Below, one piece after another: positions 11,340 through 25,349 of a stretch of DNA of 64,000 bases. The notes beneath the pieces were generated by a model. The model ran no database searches, was not told the origin of the DNA, and was given only the letters and a program-made list of their open reading frames with translations. This DNA is from Octopus vulgaris (lineage: Eukaryota): NCBI GenBank assembly GCA_951406725.2, contig OX597830.1:43586001-43650000 (forward strand). Reading direction: 5' to 3'. Position numbers and translations under genes: made by a program. Numbering within the stretch: position 1 is the first letter of the stretch; each line of letters starts with the position of its first letter.

Positions 11340-14300
11340 TGTGTGTGTGTGTGTTTGTCCCCTCAACATTGCTTGACAACCGATGCTGGTGTGCTTACGC
11401 CCCTGTAAATTAGCGGTTCGGCAAAAGAGACCGATAGAATAAGTACTAGGCTTACAAAGAGTAAGTCCTGGGGTCGATTTACTCGACTAAAGGTGGTGCT
11501 CCAGCATGGCTGCAGTCAAGTGACTGAAACAAATAAAAGAGTAAAAAGACATTGTAGAAATCTTGAAGCTATGAGAGATAATCTAGGATTAACTAAAAAC
11601 AATGTGAATAGATAAGGATTACATCTGACACAGAAATCCGAATGGTAAAGAGTTAAATGAAATTCTCTTTTATCTTTCTCTTGTTTCAGTTATTGGATAG
11701 TGGCCATGCTAAGGCACCACTTGGAAGAGTTTTGGTGGAACAAACTGACCCTACAGCTTATTTTCAAGTCTGGTACTTATTCTGTCAGTCTCTTTTGCTG
11801 AACTGCTACTTAACAGGGATGTAAACAAACCAACACCAGTTGTCAAGTTGTGGAGAGGGACAAACACAAATACACAGTTTCCATCTACCAAATCCACTCA
11901 CAAGGCTTTGGTCAGCCTGAAGTTTCTTTTATGCGTTTCAGTCACTAGACTGGGGCCATGCTGGGGCACCACCTTCAAGAATTTTTAGTTGAGTAAATCG
12001 AGCCCAGGACTTAATTTCTTAAAGCCTAATACTAATCTCCATAATATCCCACAAACAGCTGTAAGACTATTTCATTATAAATGTCTTGAAAACTCCTCAC
12101 AGCCTTGGCTTTTTTTATCTCATTCTGACTATAATATATATATATATATATATGTATGCTAATACAAGACCCACATTACACTCCTCACTCATATCATTAT
12201 CAAACCAAGAGTTTAACCACAGTCTGTCCATAACACTTATTTAGCGTTACCCAACACTCTTTGGGTTTTCTAGGCACCAATACCTCTCATACCCCTGGTA
12301 TATATATATATATATATATATATATTCGTGCACACACACATGGGGAGGGTGTGTATGCATGAGTGTGCATGTATGTGTTTGTCCCTCTATTCTGATATTG
12401 CATGGTAGTTGCAAATGAGTGTCATACAAACTGTTATACAAATGATGTCCTTTATTTCCAGTCTTCCATAAAAGCATGTTTAACCATGGGGAAGCATTAC
12501 CCTGTTTGGAAACAGGTGAGGGTTAGCAACAGGAAGGGCATCCAGCCGTATAAATTCATGCTGGCATTGGAAAAGCAGACATTAAAATGATGTTGATGAT
12601 GCGCTACCACTCAGTGCCCATTCTCCTCTGGATTACCTCTACTATCAGCCAACACCAATTCTTACCTTGATATTAACCCTACCCCACCTCACCTTTGCTC
12701 ACCTGTTGTTGTCAATTACTCTTCCTTTCACATTATAATTCCCATCATAAAAATGAAAATGGATGGCAGGACAGAAGTGTGCTAGAGAGAAAGCTGGGCT
12801 GGTATAGTGATTTGATGGGTATGGATGAGGACAGCTGCATCAAGAAATGCTGATCTCTAAATGTGGAGGAAACATCTGAAAGAGGAAGACCTAGGAAGAT
12901 GCTGGATGAAGTGGTGAGAAATGATCTTCAGATGCTGAACCTTGGAGAGGGAATGATGAAGGCCTGAGGCAATTGGGCAATCTGTTGTGTTTGAGAAGGC
13001 CCATCCAGCTATGTAAAATTATGGCTGTAAAGGTGTGCTGTTTATGTCCATGACCCCCCACTACAAACCTCCCCAACAACCCATCCTCCCAACATCCCCT
13101 CCATTCTCCCTCACATACCTACTGCACTCAGTATGTCCTCCATTGAATCTCTTCCCACACCATATCTTCCTAATACTCCCTTCCTTCTCTCCTATCCCCA
13201 CTCATTACATCCCTCACCCTTCACCTACCATTCTCCTTAGCAATCTTATGAACTCATCCACCTACTTCAATCCCCAACCCACATCACTATATCCACCCAC
13301 CCCTAACTTGGATGGACGCCCCACCACCACCGTAACATCTTAAACATCCCCTTCTCTCTCTCTCTTTCTCTCCATTGGAGGTAACCATGTTTTTCCTCTA
13401 ATGCAAGAAACCTTTTCTGTCCCCCCGTACCACTCCCTCACTCTTGATTGCATCTTGCAAGTTACCAGGTGACCTCACAGCTGCTGGTGCCATGAAAATG
13501 GCACAGAGAACACACTCAGACATCCGTCTGTTGAAAGTATGGCAAAGGAGTCAGCAGGGTTTGATACCAGTTCCTTCCAAACCATCCAACCAGGTGAACG
13601 TTAAATCATGGTGATGGTGATGATGGTGATAAGTATTTTTGTTATAAACAATATGAATCATGAATATGAATCATATTGTAGTGAATACCTAATCTCTCTC
13701 TCTCTCTCTCTATCATCATCAAATCACCTTGTAAATTGCAAACAAACATCTCTATCAAGACTGATAATCAGGTCATTGACAATGAAGTGACAATTGACAA
13801 TGAAGTGACGATGTCACTGGTGATGACAGACAATTGCGTTCAGGAATGCTACTTCCTGACAACTTATCTAATGGTAAATGTGAAAACAGAGAGATGGCCA
13901 GGAGGATTTGTTTACACTTGTAGCTGAAATCATTGTTTGTTTGTAAATAAATCTTCTCCGGTCCATGGCACAAAAATGAAATGAAAGATGGTGTTAGCTG
14001 TGATAAAAACAGCTTGAATACATCTAATTACCAAAAAAATTTATGTTTTTTGAAAGCAGAAACTTCTATAGCAGAAGACACTTGCCTAAGGTGCTACAAT
14101 GTGGGATGGAACTTATATCCTTGTGATTGGGAAGCAAACTTCTTTCCACACAACTACGCTTGCACCTATGGCCATAAACTTTTATAATAGCAGACTGCAC
14201 TAAAACCTGTATATAAAAACAATAACTTATTAATATGGAGTTTTATCTTCTTATTGTTTTACATCCATTTTGCTGCCCTAATATTAATGACTTAAGAATG

Positions 14301-17300
14301 ACGAAGCACTGACATTTTATTGTCAGCTTGGTAGTTACAGAGGATAAAGATATGTGCTTTGTCTGAGAACTTAACACAATGTCTGCATTGAATTTGAAAA
14401 CATGAGTATGTAGTAGATATTGCAATGTCTTTAACTTCAGTACTACCACTGCCATCACCACCAGTTAATGTCTATGTTGGCATGTGTTGGACAGTTTGAC
14501 AAGACCTGATGGGCCCAAGGACTGCATTGTGCTCCAGTGTCTGCCTTGGTATGATTTCTACACTCCGATGGCCTTCCTAACACCAACCACATCACAGTGT
14601 GTACAGGTTTTTATTTTTTCATGCCATCAGCACTAATGAGGGGGCCATGCAGCTCACAGGACTACAAAAACAGGAGCAGGTCAGCTTCATGCTAGGGGAT
14701 GAAGGGTTCAAAGAATAAGAGAGGTAGAGGGGTCAGGATAGGTTCTTGTAGAGGATCTGCATGGCTACACACATTTGATAGGAGACGGGGAGAAAGAGAA
14801 GAGACAGATGGTCAGTAGGAGCAACAAAGAGACAGATAATGGTGACGAGGTACCCAGGTGACCCCACAAGGCTGAAGGTGAGCTGATGTAGGTGAGTAGG
14901 CGGTTTGTAAGATTGTACAAGGAAGAGATGAGGGGATGGGGAAGCAGGCTGTGATGGTAAAATTTGGGGAGAGTTGAAAGGTGAATGATCAATGAGCCAC
15001 GAGATGGGGAAGATCTTATCCTATAGTAAAAAGAATGAATGAACAAGCCCATATGGAAGATCCTTAGTTATCTAACATGTACAAATATAGCCTGGCACTT
15101 ATTCAGTTATGGCTAGGGTTCCAGTTGATCCAATTAATGGAACAGCCTGCTCATGAAATTAATGTGTAAGCGGCTGAGTACTCTACAGACACACGTATCT
15201 TTAATGCAGTTCTCAAGGAGATTCAGTGTGACAAGGCAGACCCCTTTTGAATTACAGGTACATGTTGTTTTTGCCAGTTGAGTGGACTGGAGCAATGTGA
15301 AATAAAGTGTCTTAATCAAGGATACAAGATACGGCCAAAAATTAACCTTACAACTGTGAGCCGAATACCCTAACCACTGTGCCACATGCCTGCACTACAA
15401 ATATCAACTAGACATTCCATACTAGCAGGGACAATGGACATTAAATGATAATTACAACGATGATGATAGTGATGGTGATGATGAAGATGGTGATAATGAC
15501 AATGATGACGGTGGTAACGATGAAGAGGATGATGATGGAGATGATGACGATGATGACAACGATGATGATGATAACACTCTCTCTCAACACACCAGCATAT
15601 TTAAAAATATGTAATCCTAGAATACACTGTAGCTGAAAATAAAAGACAGGATGGCCATGGCTGGAAATTCAACCAATTGTAGGGGTTGTTTGACCCAAAT
15701 TAACCTGGGGCTAAGCAACAACAAATAAACTTGCAACAAAGAATTTAAATATCCAAGAAGAAAAGCAATACATTTATAACAAAACTAGCAAATATAACCA
15801 GAAGAGAAAAGGGCAAAGGTGAAGCGTGTGCACACCATGCATCAGACAAAAGTAAAACATCTGGCATTTTTAGCTTTTTGAAAGTAGGGAGGTGATGGGT
15901 GGGCGACGTGGGGGAAAGGGCCTTCAGTGTTTCACCACCATCATCATCATCATCTAACGTCCGTTGTCCATGCTGGCATGGGTTGGACGGTTTGACTGGG
16001 CTGGTAAGTTGTGCCAGGCTCCAGTCTGATTTGGCACATGTTTTCTACAGCTGGATGCCCTTCCTAATGCCAACCACTCTGAGAGTGTAATGGGTGCTTT
16101 TATGTGCCACTGGCACAGGTGCCAATTTGCATGACACCAGTATCTGCAACGACTGATTTTGCTCGGCTTGATGGGTCTTCTTCTCAAGCATGACATAATG
16201 CCAAAGGTCTTGGTCATTGCCTCTGTAAGGCCCAAAGAAAAATTTTAATTTAAAAAAGAAAAATTCCGAGATTCATTATCTCTGTACTTTTATTACAAAA
16301 AAGAATTCTAAAGAAATGTTTTAAATTAAGAAACCTGGGATGATGGGGATTAAAATTTGAAAACATGATTTTTGGGTAAAATCATATTCTATATTGAAAA
16401 CACAGAAATCTGACAAAATTTTGGGGAAAAAAAACATTGGAAATGGGTGGTGTGCATGTACTTTACCTTCAACCAGAGAAGAACCACTTAATGAGAAAAC
16501 AAAAACAAAGAATGATTAGTTGCAGACATAGCCATGTGGTTAAGAAGTTAGCTTGCAAGTCACAAGGTTCTGGGTTCAGCCCCATTGTATGGCACATCAT
16601 GCAAGTGTTCTACTATAGCCCTGAGCTGGCCAATGCCTTGTCAGTAAATTCAATAAACAGAAATTGTGAGAAACCCCATTGTGTGTGTGCATGTGTGTGT
16701 GTGTGAGTGTATGTGTGCATGCATGTGAGTGTGCGCACGCGCATGTGTGTGTGCATGTGTGCTTGTCCCTTAACACCACTTGACAACCAATGTTGGTTTG
16801 TTTACATCTTTGTAACTTAGCAGTTCAGCGAAAGAGACCAACAGTACAAGTACTCAACTTAAAAATAAGTACTGTGGTTGAATTGTTTGACCAAACCTTT
16901 GAAGGTATTGCCCCAGCATGGCCACAGTCCAATGACTGAAACAAGCAAAAGACAGTTTGCTTAGGGCTCTCCCCAAAAGTGCCATGCAATGGGACTGAAC
17001 CTGAAACCACATGATTGCAAAGCAAGCTCCTGAACCACACAGCTGTGCCTCTGCCTCTATACAAGAAATACTTCTTATTTTACTTTGCCCTTATGAACTG
17101 ATCAGTCCATCTCATGGTCCTGGCAGCCAAAATGGAAAAAGTGTTGCCCCAGAAGGCGGCAAAGGATACATGCTGGAACAACCAGACTCACAGTGTTCAG
17201 ACTTGGGGATAGTCATGCCCACTCCAACAACAGTGAGCAGGGTCAAGGACACTGGAGGTCTCCACTGCCAGAGGATCAACCTCAAATCTATCAGAGGGAG

Positions 17301-17651
17301 GTCAATACTTCGACAGTTTGCCCTTCCCAGCCTGGCGAGCAGCAAAGCTTAGGGTGGCAAGCTGAACACATCAGGTTGCTGCTGCAGAAAGTGTCACAGA
17401 ATATGGTATCCCAGATAAGGGGCCTACAACCACAGAACAAGAAAATGGTCATGTTATCTGTCCTGCCATGCGATGAAATAACACAGCATCCAGATTTATT
17501 ATTCTCATAATAATTTGGGAAGGAGGAATTTAGCCATATTCTTCAAATTTACTGGAATCATTACATCAGTTAAAAAGCTTTTTTTTAAATACCCACTAAA
17601 ACAAATAATAATCACACTGTGCCACAAAAAAGAAATGAAACCAATACTTAC

Positions 17652-17741
17652 AGCAAGCGGAGCAAGATAACACTGAAAAGGGTTGAAACTTGATGTGGCA
17701 AAATTCCAGGAATCATCAGCGACATCAAAGAATTCAACATT
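17652..17741 (-). CDS. VIRMA: VIRMA coding exon
   Basis: 90 nt, phase 0-0; NVEFFDVADDSWNFATSSFNPFQCYLAPLA. Confidence 0.88.
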
Positions 17742-18679
17742 CTGGAAGAACACAAAAGTATCAAGACATCAGAGGCAAGATTCTAGAATCAGTTGTAAAT
17801 GTTATGTGGTAGTCCAATGAAATAACGTTAAAAAATAAATTAATTGAAGGAGAAAGTAAAACAGAAGAAAAAAAAACTATTCTTATTAAATTAATTAAAA
17901 ACAAAGCATGCTTTATTTAATAACACCAACTGTTTATTTAATTTATTTGCAGTATAACACCTTTAATCAATAATTCTTGATAAAAACCATGCCAAAACAG
18001 ACAATGAAGCCTGGTGCAGTCCTTTGGTTTTGTCAGCTCCTGTTAACTTATCCAACCCATGCCAGCATAGTAAATGGTCACTGAATGATGATGATGATTT
18101 CAAATGCTATGCTTTTTTGAGAAGAAAGCAACAAAATTGAAAAGACGGGGAAGCCGAAATGATTTTTAATTTTTAAACATCATGTAAGCATTACATTAGA
18201 ATTTATTTACTGAATGGTATAACGGGCAAACTATTTGAAAAATACAAATTATCCACATAACGTTGTAATTGTTTTTAATAATTTGTTCTAGAACTATGCA
18301 GGGAAATACCATTATCACCAGCATATAAATTTATAACCTTATGATTTGTAACAAGTTTCATAAGTGCTAACACACGAAACTTTGGCCCTCGAGTCATTCT
18401 GGTGCTCCAGCCAAATATCATAAAAAAATATAATATATAATATATAAAAATATTATCTACTAGCCTTGAAGCAACCCTTTAGGCGGCATTCAGGTTAGCT
18501 CCTGCGGAGGGCACCTTTGTGGCCTTCAGCTCCACTATCGGGCCGCTTCATGGCTCTCTACCCTTGTGTAATGAAACTTATTTCTGCAAATGTACTTAGC
18601 GCTGATATTTTTATTATTTACCTGACACCTCGACATTTACTAGAGAAAGCTGAGAAATAATGACAAGAACATATAATAC

Positions 18680-18760
18680 CTGCATATCACTGTCATCACC
18701 ACATATAAGTCCATCATCGTCATCATCAGAACTGATGTCTTCATAACCATCATCAGCATC
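18680..18760 (-). CDS. VIRMA: VIRMA coding exon (acidic)
   Basis: 81 nt; DADDGYEDISSDDDDDGLICGDDSDMQ, resembling the VIRMA DDGYEQISSDED motif. Confidence 0.9.
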
Positions 18761-19381
18761 CTGAAATTAAAGGAAAGCAGAGTAATTCAATAAGTTTAAC
18801 AAAAAAAGAAAAGAAAAGAAAAAATAAGAAATATCTATTTAGCATTACGTTTCGCAAGAATCCTTATCAACACAACATGGTTCCACTTGAGCTCTTACCA
18901 AACTTTTGATTCCAAACTGAAATCAGAATTTTCTGATTACTGACCAATTGCTCTCTTTCACTCAGTGACTGACTCACACACTTCTCCACCCACCCACCCT
19001 CTCTCTCTCTCTCTCTAGGCTTTCACCTCTAAATTCCTTTACTGTGACACTAAATATATTATCAGATCACATGATTACAGGATCAATCAGACTATCAGAT
19101 GTTGTTATACATCGCTGATTACAACGCGCTTTGCATTGTTTTAGCCACCTTTCTGGCCAGGCGAGCAGGCCAACATTCCCCCATGGTCAGAAGACTAGTC
19201 CATTGTAGGATGGACCCGTTTACAGCTGAGTGGACTGGGGCAATGTGAAATGAAATGTTTTACACAAGGAAACACAATGTGCTGCTCGGTCTGGGAATTG
19301 AACATGTAATCTAGCAATCACAAGTGCAACACTCTAACAACCAGGTTACACACCTTCACATTCTCTCGTATACAGACTTTA

Positions 19382-19944
19382 TACAGGGTGCAGCAGAAGT
19401 AATGCCTTTTCTTATTTGTATTTTTTTATAGTTTTCTACATTGTACAGGATGGTGCATGGCCTCATGGTGGGCTAAACGTTTGGGAATGGTTAAATCTTA
19501 ATTTTGAGGGGAGGTATATAAGACGACGTGGAGCAACTAAGTGGCCATCACAATCACCAGACTTAATACTATCTGACTTTATCTTGTGGGGTGTATTGGA
19601 AAATCTTCTTTACTCCCTAAAACCAAAAACAATTCCTGAATTAAAACAAGCAATTTCTGATAAAATTTTCTATGATTAATGGAGAAATATGTTGAAATGT
19701 GTGTAGTACTGTTGCTGGTAGTGTTCAGCATAGTACTGAAAACAAAGGAATTACGTTGTTTTCATGGAACATACTTTATAAATTTCATAAAACTACTGCA
19801 ACTCTTGATTTTCATTAATTGTTTTTTTTCCATTTTGTTAACTCCTGTAATAAATTTTTATATAATAGAATTTATAAAGAAAACAATTTTTGTACTATTA
19901 AAATTACTAAATAAAAGAGGGCATTAATTCTGCCACACCCTGTA
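19382..19944 (+). mobile_element. Internally deleted Tc1/mariner DD41D-type element
   Basis: TIRs TACAGGGTG..CAGAAGTAATGCC / GGCATTAATTCTG..CACCCTGTA; QDGA...WPSQSPDLILSDFILWG with 41-residue D-D spacing. Confidence 0.8.
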
Positions 19945-20154
19945 TTTAATCAATGGTAGTGTGTTCCACTTTGTTGTGAGAAAGAAAGAAATGATAAAAT
20001 CAATAGGTAAAACACATAGCAGGAGGGCCTCGTGACAGCTGATGCCACTTCCAGCCACCTACCAATCAGATGAATCCACCTCATTAAATGACATGTAAAT
20101 AATGATGGAGAGACAAAACACTGAACAGATTAAGAGGAGTTATTGAAATCTTAC

Positions 20155-20243
20155 CTGATTCTCAGCATCTGAAAGAAATATCACATTTGGAGAGTGGACA
20201 GGTGTGAGGCAATACAGGTCATCTTGGTTCATAGGTAAGGTTT
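20155..20243 (-). CDS. VIRMA: VIRMA coding exon
   Basis: 89 nt, AG/GTAAG, phase 1-0; ETLPMNQDDLYCLTPVHSPNVIFLSDAENQ. Confidence 0.8.
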
Positions 20244-21209
20244 CTAGAGTAAGAAATAAACCAATCTATTGTAAGAAATAAGTGTTAGGCAAAATAATGA
20301 AAAATCTGTTAGAAACATCACAACAAGGCCTCAATACATAAGTGAATTCAACACAATGCAAGGGAAAAGAATCATCATCATCATTTAATGTCTGTTTTCC
20401 ATGCTGGCATGGATTGGATGACATGACAGGAATCAGCAAGACCAGGGACCACACTAGGTTCTATAGTCTGTTTTAGAAAACAATTTCTAGAGCCAGATGC
20501 CCTACCTAATGCCAACTACTTTACAGAGTGTACTGGATGCTTTTTACTAGGCACTAGAGCCAGTGCTATTTATGTGGCACCAGTGAAATAAATATGCCTT
20601 CCTGTCTTCTCTACAATTCTGTTTTTAGGAGTTAGTCAGGAAGAAAGGGTATAACTTTGATCTTTACAGACCCTTCAATACTAATGAGATTGACTCAGTT
20701 GATCTTTAGTTTGAACATGTGTAAATTGATGTCTAACAGGATTAAATGTGGCCAAGAAGGGAATTCCAGTGGGTTGACACTTTGTGGAAGAAAGACTGGA
20801 AAAAAGGAATCATAGTTTGTAGAAGACGAAACAGTAGACAAAATGAAAGCAGAGACGGATTTGCCAGATGGAGAGGAGGTGGTACACAGCTAGGTGATAA
20901 GATGAAAAACTCTAACCACAACAGTGTAGAGAAGCTGTTGCTTACCTGAAAGTCATCTCTGATCGAAAAGTATTCTAGCCAAGATCATCTCATCACATTA
21001 GCCATTGTATTCTGCTCTTTAAGATAGTAAAGTGTCATCTGAGAGGGAGTTGACTGTTATTTCTAGCAAGACAAACCATCTAGAGGTAGGTTTGCAGACA
21101 AATCTCTAACAGTGGTGGTTTTACTAATTGGATATGGAGATGGTAGTGCCAATGTCTCCTGCTGTAGAGTGAAAGTGAAGTGACAGTGTCCCTGTAGATA
21201 GGAACAGTG

Positions 21210-21600
21210 AGTGAGTGTTTGCAATTATGTCTCCTGAGTCCAATTGGGATTTAAAAACCAGCTCACTTCTAGTTTCACAGTTTTGATGAGTGATCAATCT
21301 CCTCTTGGACAAAATGCCAGTCTATAATGCAAGCAACATTGCCAGAGATCCTTAAAATTATTCCTAAGAATTCAGTAGGAAGGAGAATTAAGTGTACTTG
21401 CCTAAATATACAATGAAATCTCTGTAATATATTTGATGCAAAGATGTTTAGGCTTGTAGTTGAGTTCCTTAGGCACATAACCGTTTCACTGTTATACTGA
21501 GGACAGATGTAATGTTATTGGCATGAGGCAGGGGGAAATCGAGACAACCAGTATCATGCAGCCATTAATGAGCGATTAGTCCAAATAACTTGAGAGGAAT
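21210..21600 (-). mobile_element. Possible highly decayed Penelope endonuclease fragment
   Basis: Fragments such as TRSELVFK and FVQEE resemble the C-terminal motifs of the other PLE copies; many frameshifts. Confidence 0.35.
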
Positions 21601-23328
21601 TGTTGATACAAAACAAAAACAAAAGAGACCACTACAATCAGGATTAACAACAGGGAGGGATTTTGTCAAAACACATTCTGAAAGCAAATCTGAGTTATTC
21701 CACTACAGAATATCAGACAATGTTAAACATATAATCTCCTTCTTAATTTCAAATCAACAAAAAAAAAAGTAAAAAGAGATTGTTTAAACTCTTCAACAAC
21801 CATCAAGGTGTTGGCACTGCAGCCAACTTTTCCCCAAATGATAAACACCAACGGCTATTAGTGAGGTACTTTATCTTCACACAATCATTGGATCTCATTT
21901 ACTATCATCTGCAATGAAATTCACTACGCCGGTGGCGCATAAGAAGCACCATCCAAATGTGTTCAATGCCAGTCCCCTCGCCCCAACTGGCTCCTGTGCC
22001 GGTGGCATGTAAAAAGCACCATCTGAACATGGCCAATGCCAGCGCTCTCACTCCAACTGGCCAGGGGCACGTAAAAAGCACCACTCAAATGTGGCCAATG
22101 CCTGTGCCACCTGACTGGCTCCCATGCCAGTGGCACGTAACAAGCACCCACTACACTCTCGGAGTGGTTGGCATTAGGAAGGGCATCCAGCTGTAGAAAC
22201 CTTGCCAGATCAGATTGGGAGCCTGGTGCAGCCATCTGGCTCGCTAGCCCTTAATCAAACCGTCCAACCTATGCTAGCATGGAAAACAGACGTTAAACAA
22301 TGATGATGATGATGAGAACATCATTATCATCACCATCATTTAACATACATTTTTGATTCTGGCATGGGTTGAACAGTTTGACAGGAGCTGACAAGGCCAG
22401 AGGGCTGCTCCAGGATCCAGTCACATGTTTTGGCTTGGTTTCTACAGCTGGGTGCCATTCCTGATGCCAACCACTTTACAGAGTTTATTGGGTGCTTCAT
22501 TATATGGCACCAGCATAGGTGCTTTTTTATGCGGAACCAGCACCTGCAAGGTCACTAAGGTAGCTTGCAAGAAAAGGACCTCTCATCTGTAAGAGGGAGA
22601 GCATCCAAAAGAAGTGGCCGTGTGCCAGGCAAAAGGTTGGAGTATGATAGAGGAACAGGAATAGCAGTCTTACTACAGAGGAGATATTTGGCTACCCAAG
22701 TAGGGCAAGGAAGGGGAGGGAGGTGGGAGAGAGTTAGAGAGAAAGATAGAAATGATTTGGAGTGAAAGACAGTGATGGGGAAGGGGCTACCCACAGGAAA
22801 TAGTGAACACACATCGTTCATGCGTTGAGCCTCATGGAGGCAGTAACGTCAAACCAGGTGAGATCATAGTCATGGCCGATGCCAGTGTTGCGTAACTGGC
22901 CCATTAAGAGCACCCTTCAATCATTGGGCAATATGCTGTGCTTGTGAAGACCTGTTGAACCGAGTGAAATTGTAGTCGTGGCCAATGCCACATAAAAAGC
23001 GTTGGGCCTCATAAAGGCAGTGACAGGCACCAAGACCCTTGGAGATAAACTGTGCTTGTGTTGACTTATGAAGCCAAATAAGACTGTAGTCTTACTTGGC
23101 TGATGTTAGGTCAATGGTACATAACAGGCACCTACTGCACTCTTAGAGTGGTTGACGTTAGGAAGGGCATACAGCTGTAGAAACCTTGCCAAATCAGATT
23201 GGAACCTGGTGCAGCCCCAGCTTACCAGTTATCAGTCAAACTGTCCACCAAATGCCAACATGGAAAGCGGACGTTAAAAGATGATGATGATGATGATGAT
23301 GTATATACACACAGAGGAAACTTGAAAT

Positions 23329-23561
23329 ATTAGGTTGGTGCATAATTATTCCAGCTTTCTTTTAATAAAATTTTATTCAACAAAAACAAGATTTAACAAA
23401 AACATCTTTAAATGATTATTCCGGAGCATATTCACCATCTACCTCAATTACTGCTTCTCATTTGCTTGGCAGATGGTCAGACCATCATTTAAAGATGTTT
23501 TTGTTAAATATTGTTATTGTTTTTGTTGAAAAAAGCCGCAATAATTACGCACCAACCAATA
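23329..23561. mobile_element. Mariner-derived MITE
   Basis: Long inverted arms beginning TTAGGTTGGTGCATAATTATT; second copy at 60423-60643. Confidence 0.8.
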
Positions 23562-23739
23562 GAACCAAAAATGAAGACCTTCTGGGTACTGACTCTTGCT
23601 TCTTTTTGAAGTATACCTTAAATACATACCCATATTCAATTTTAAAAATGCATTTTATATTCAAACGTAGATGAATTTTAAAAATCAAATAAATCAAATT
23701 AAATATTTGATACGAGATTTATCAATAAAAAGAACCTAC

Positions 23740-24771
23740 CAGAATCAGGATCTTCAATTCTATCCTGTCTTGGAGACTCTGCAGGTGGAGACCGTGATCT
23801 TGTTGGTGAACGAGAACGACAACGAGGAGACTTTGTTCGGTCACGAGTTTCTCGATCACTTAAGTCCCTGCTTTGGTCTCTCTCCTTAAACTGGTCCCAG
23901 TCACGTTCACGTGTGGGAGACCGAGAACAAGGATCTTTATCATTCTTCTCTCGAGAGCCATCACGTTGGTTATCAAACTCCCGTGCAGTGTCCGCTTCTC
24001 TTGTGCCACGCCCATCACGATGATGTACCTCACGCTCATATGAACTTCTGCTACGATGCTGCTCTTCAAAGAAATCAGATGTGTCAATGGGTTCTTTCGA
24101 TTCAGAACAGAGTTCGTTGAAGTCTCCTCGGTAGGTTCTGTCAGTCTGATCAGCTGTAGAATCTCTTTGACTAAAAGCCTTGTGGCTGTCTCCAGTAAAT
24201 TCCCTTTGGCTGGCTGAGTATTCCTGTGTTGGAATATCTTGTGAAGAGGAAGGTCTGTGATCAAAGAGTTCTTCAGTTTGATGATAGACATCTGAAGATC
24301 TGTGAGGAAGGGGTAAGAGAGGGGTTTGGGTGGGTGCAGTATGTGACTGGGATGGAGGGTGGACAACTGTACTCGACTGCTGTGTCTTCTGCTGCTGCTG
24401 TTGCTGCTGCTGAGATGATGCCACTTGTTGCTGCTGTTGTTGTTGCTGTTGTGGTTGCTTGCTCGGCTGTACCTGGGAGCTCGGTTGCTGAGATGACGGC
24501 GGTGGCACTTGAGTTTGCCCTTGCCCACTTTGTTGGCCCACTTGTTGAACTGCTTTAGACTGTTGGCTTGGCTGCACCATTTGTTGTTTCTGCTGCTTCT
24601 GTTGTGCTTGTGCTTGCTGCTGCTGAGCCTGTTGTGCTTGCTGCTGTGCATGCTGCTGTTGTTGAAGATGCTGCATCTGTTGTTCCACCTGTTGTTGGAT
24701 GTAATCCAAAGGATGTTGTTGCCTAGGTTCCCATTCTGACTGTTTGTCTGACTGTGAATGGTTCTCCAATG
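23740..24771 (-). CDS. VIRMA: VIRMA large low-complexity exon (polyQ followed by R/D/E/S- and RS-rich region)
   Basis: 1032 nt open frame inside ORF 23699..24892; ttcag acceptor, gtagg donor; phase 1-1 fits both neighbours. Confidence 0.85.
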
Positions 24772-25349
24772 CTGAACATGTAAAAATACAAGCAGAAACA
24801 TTAATATACAACAAACAAATATTAATCAAAGCTGGCAAAGTTGGAAAATACAAACACACACACACACATGTAGTAGAGAGAAAAAAAAACAAGAAGACAA
24901 GATTAAAAAAATCAGTGTATTAGGTTTATGCTAAGGAAAAAATAGAAGGAAAAGCATTTTACATTTCAAGCATTTGCTCTTCTACAGAAAGGATAAGGAG
25001 AGAAAAACTCAAAAGTATCTCAAGATACATGTTGAAAAACATGTATGTATGCAGAGGAGGGGGCATAGTTTAGTGGTTAAGGTGCTGGACTCATGATTCT
25101 AAGATTATGGTTTTGATTCCTGAACTGGGAAATTCATTGTGTCCTTGAGCAAAACACTTCATGTTGCTCCACTCCACTCAGCTGGTGGACAAAAAAAAAA
25201 GAAAAGTAAGAAAACCAATATTTTTGTCCATTTTGATAGTAGAAACCATAATTAATGTAACTGATGCAGAACAATAAAACAGAAAGGAGACCAAAGCAGG
25301 CAAGACAGCTACCCAATTTGGAGTGGTTGGTGTCCTCCAGTTCAACAAA

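Noticed and set aside
18621-18649. Possible AG...GT micro-exon on the minus strand
   Set aside because: Only ~30 nt from the upstream donor (intron too short), and the flanking exons already join in phase.
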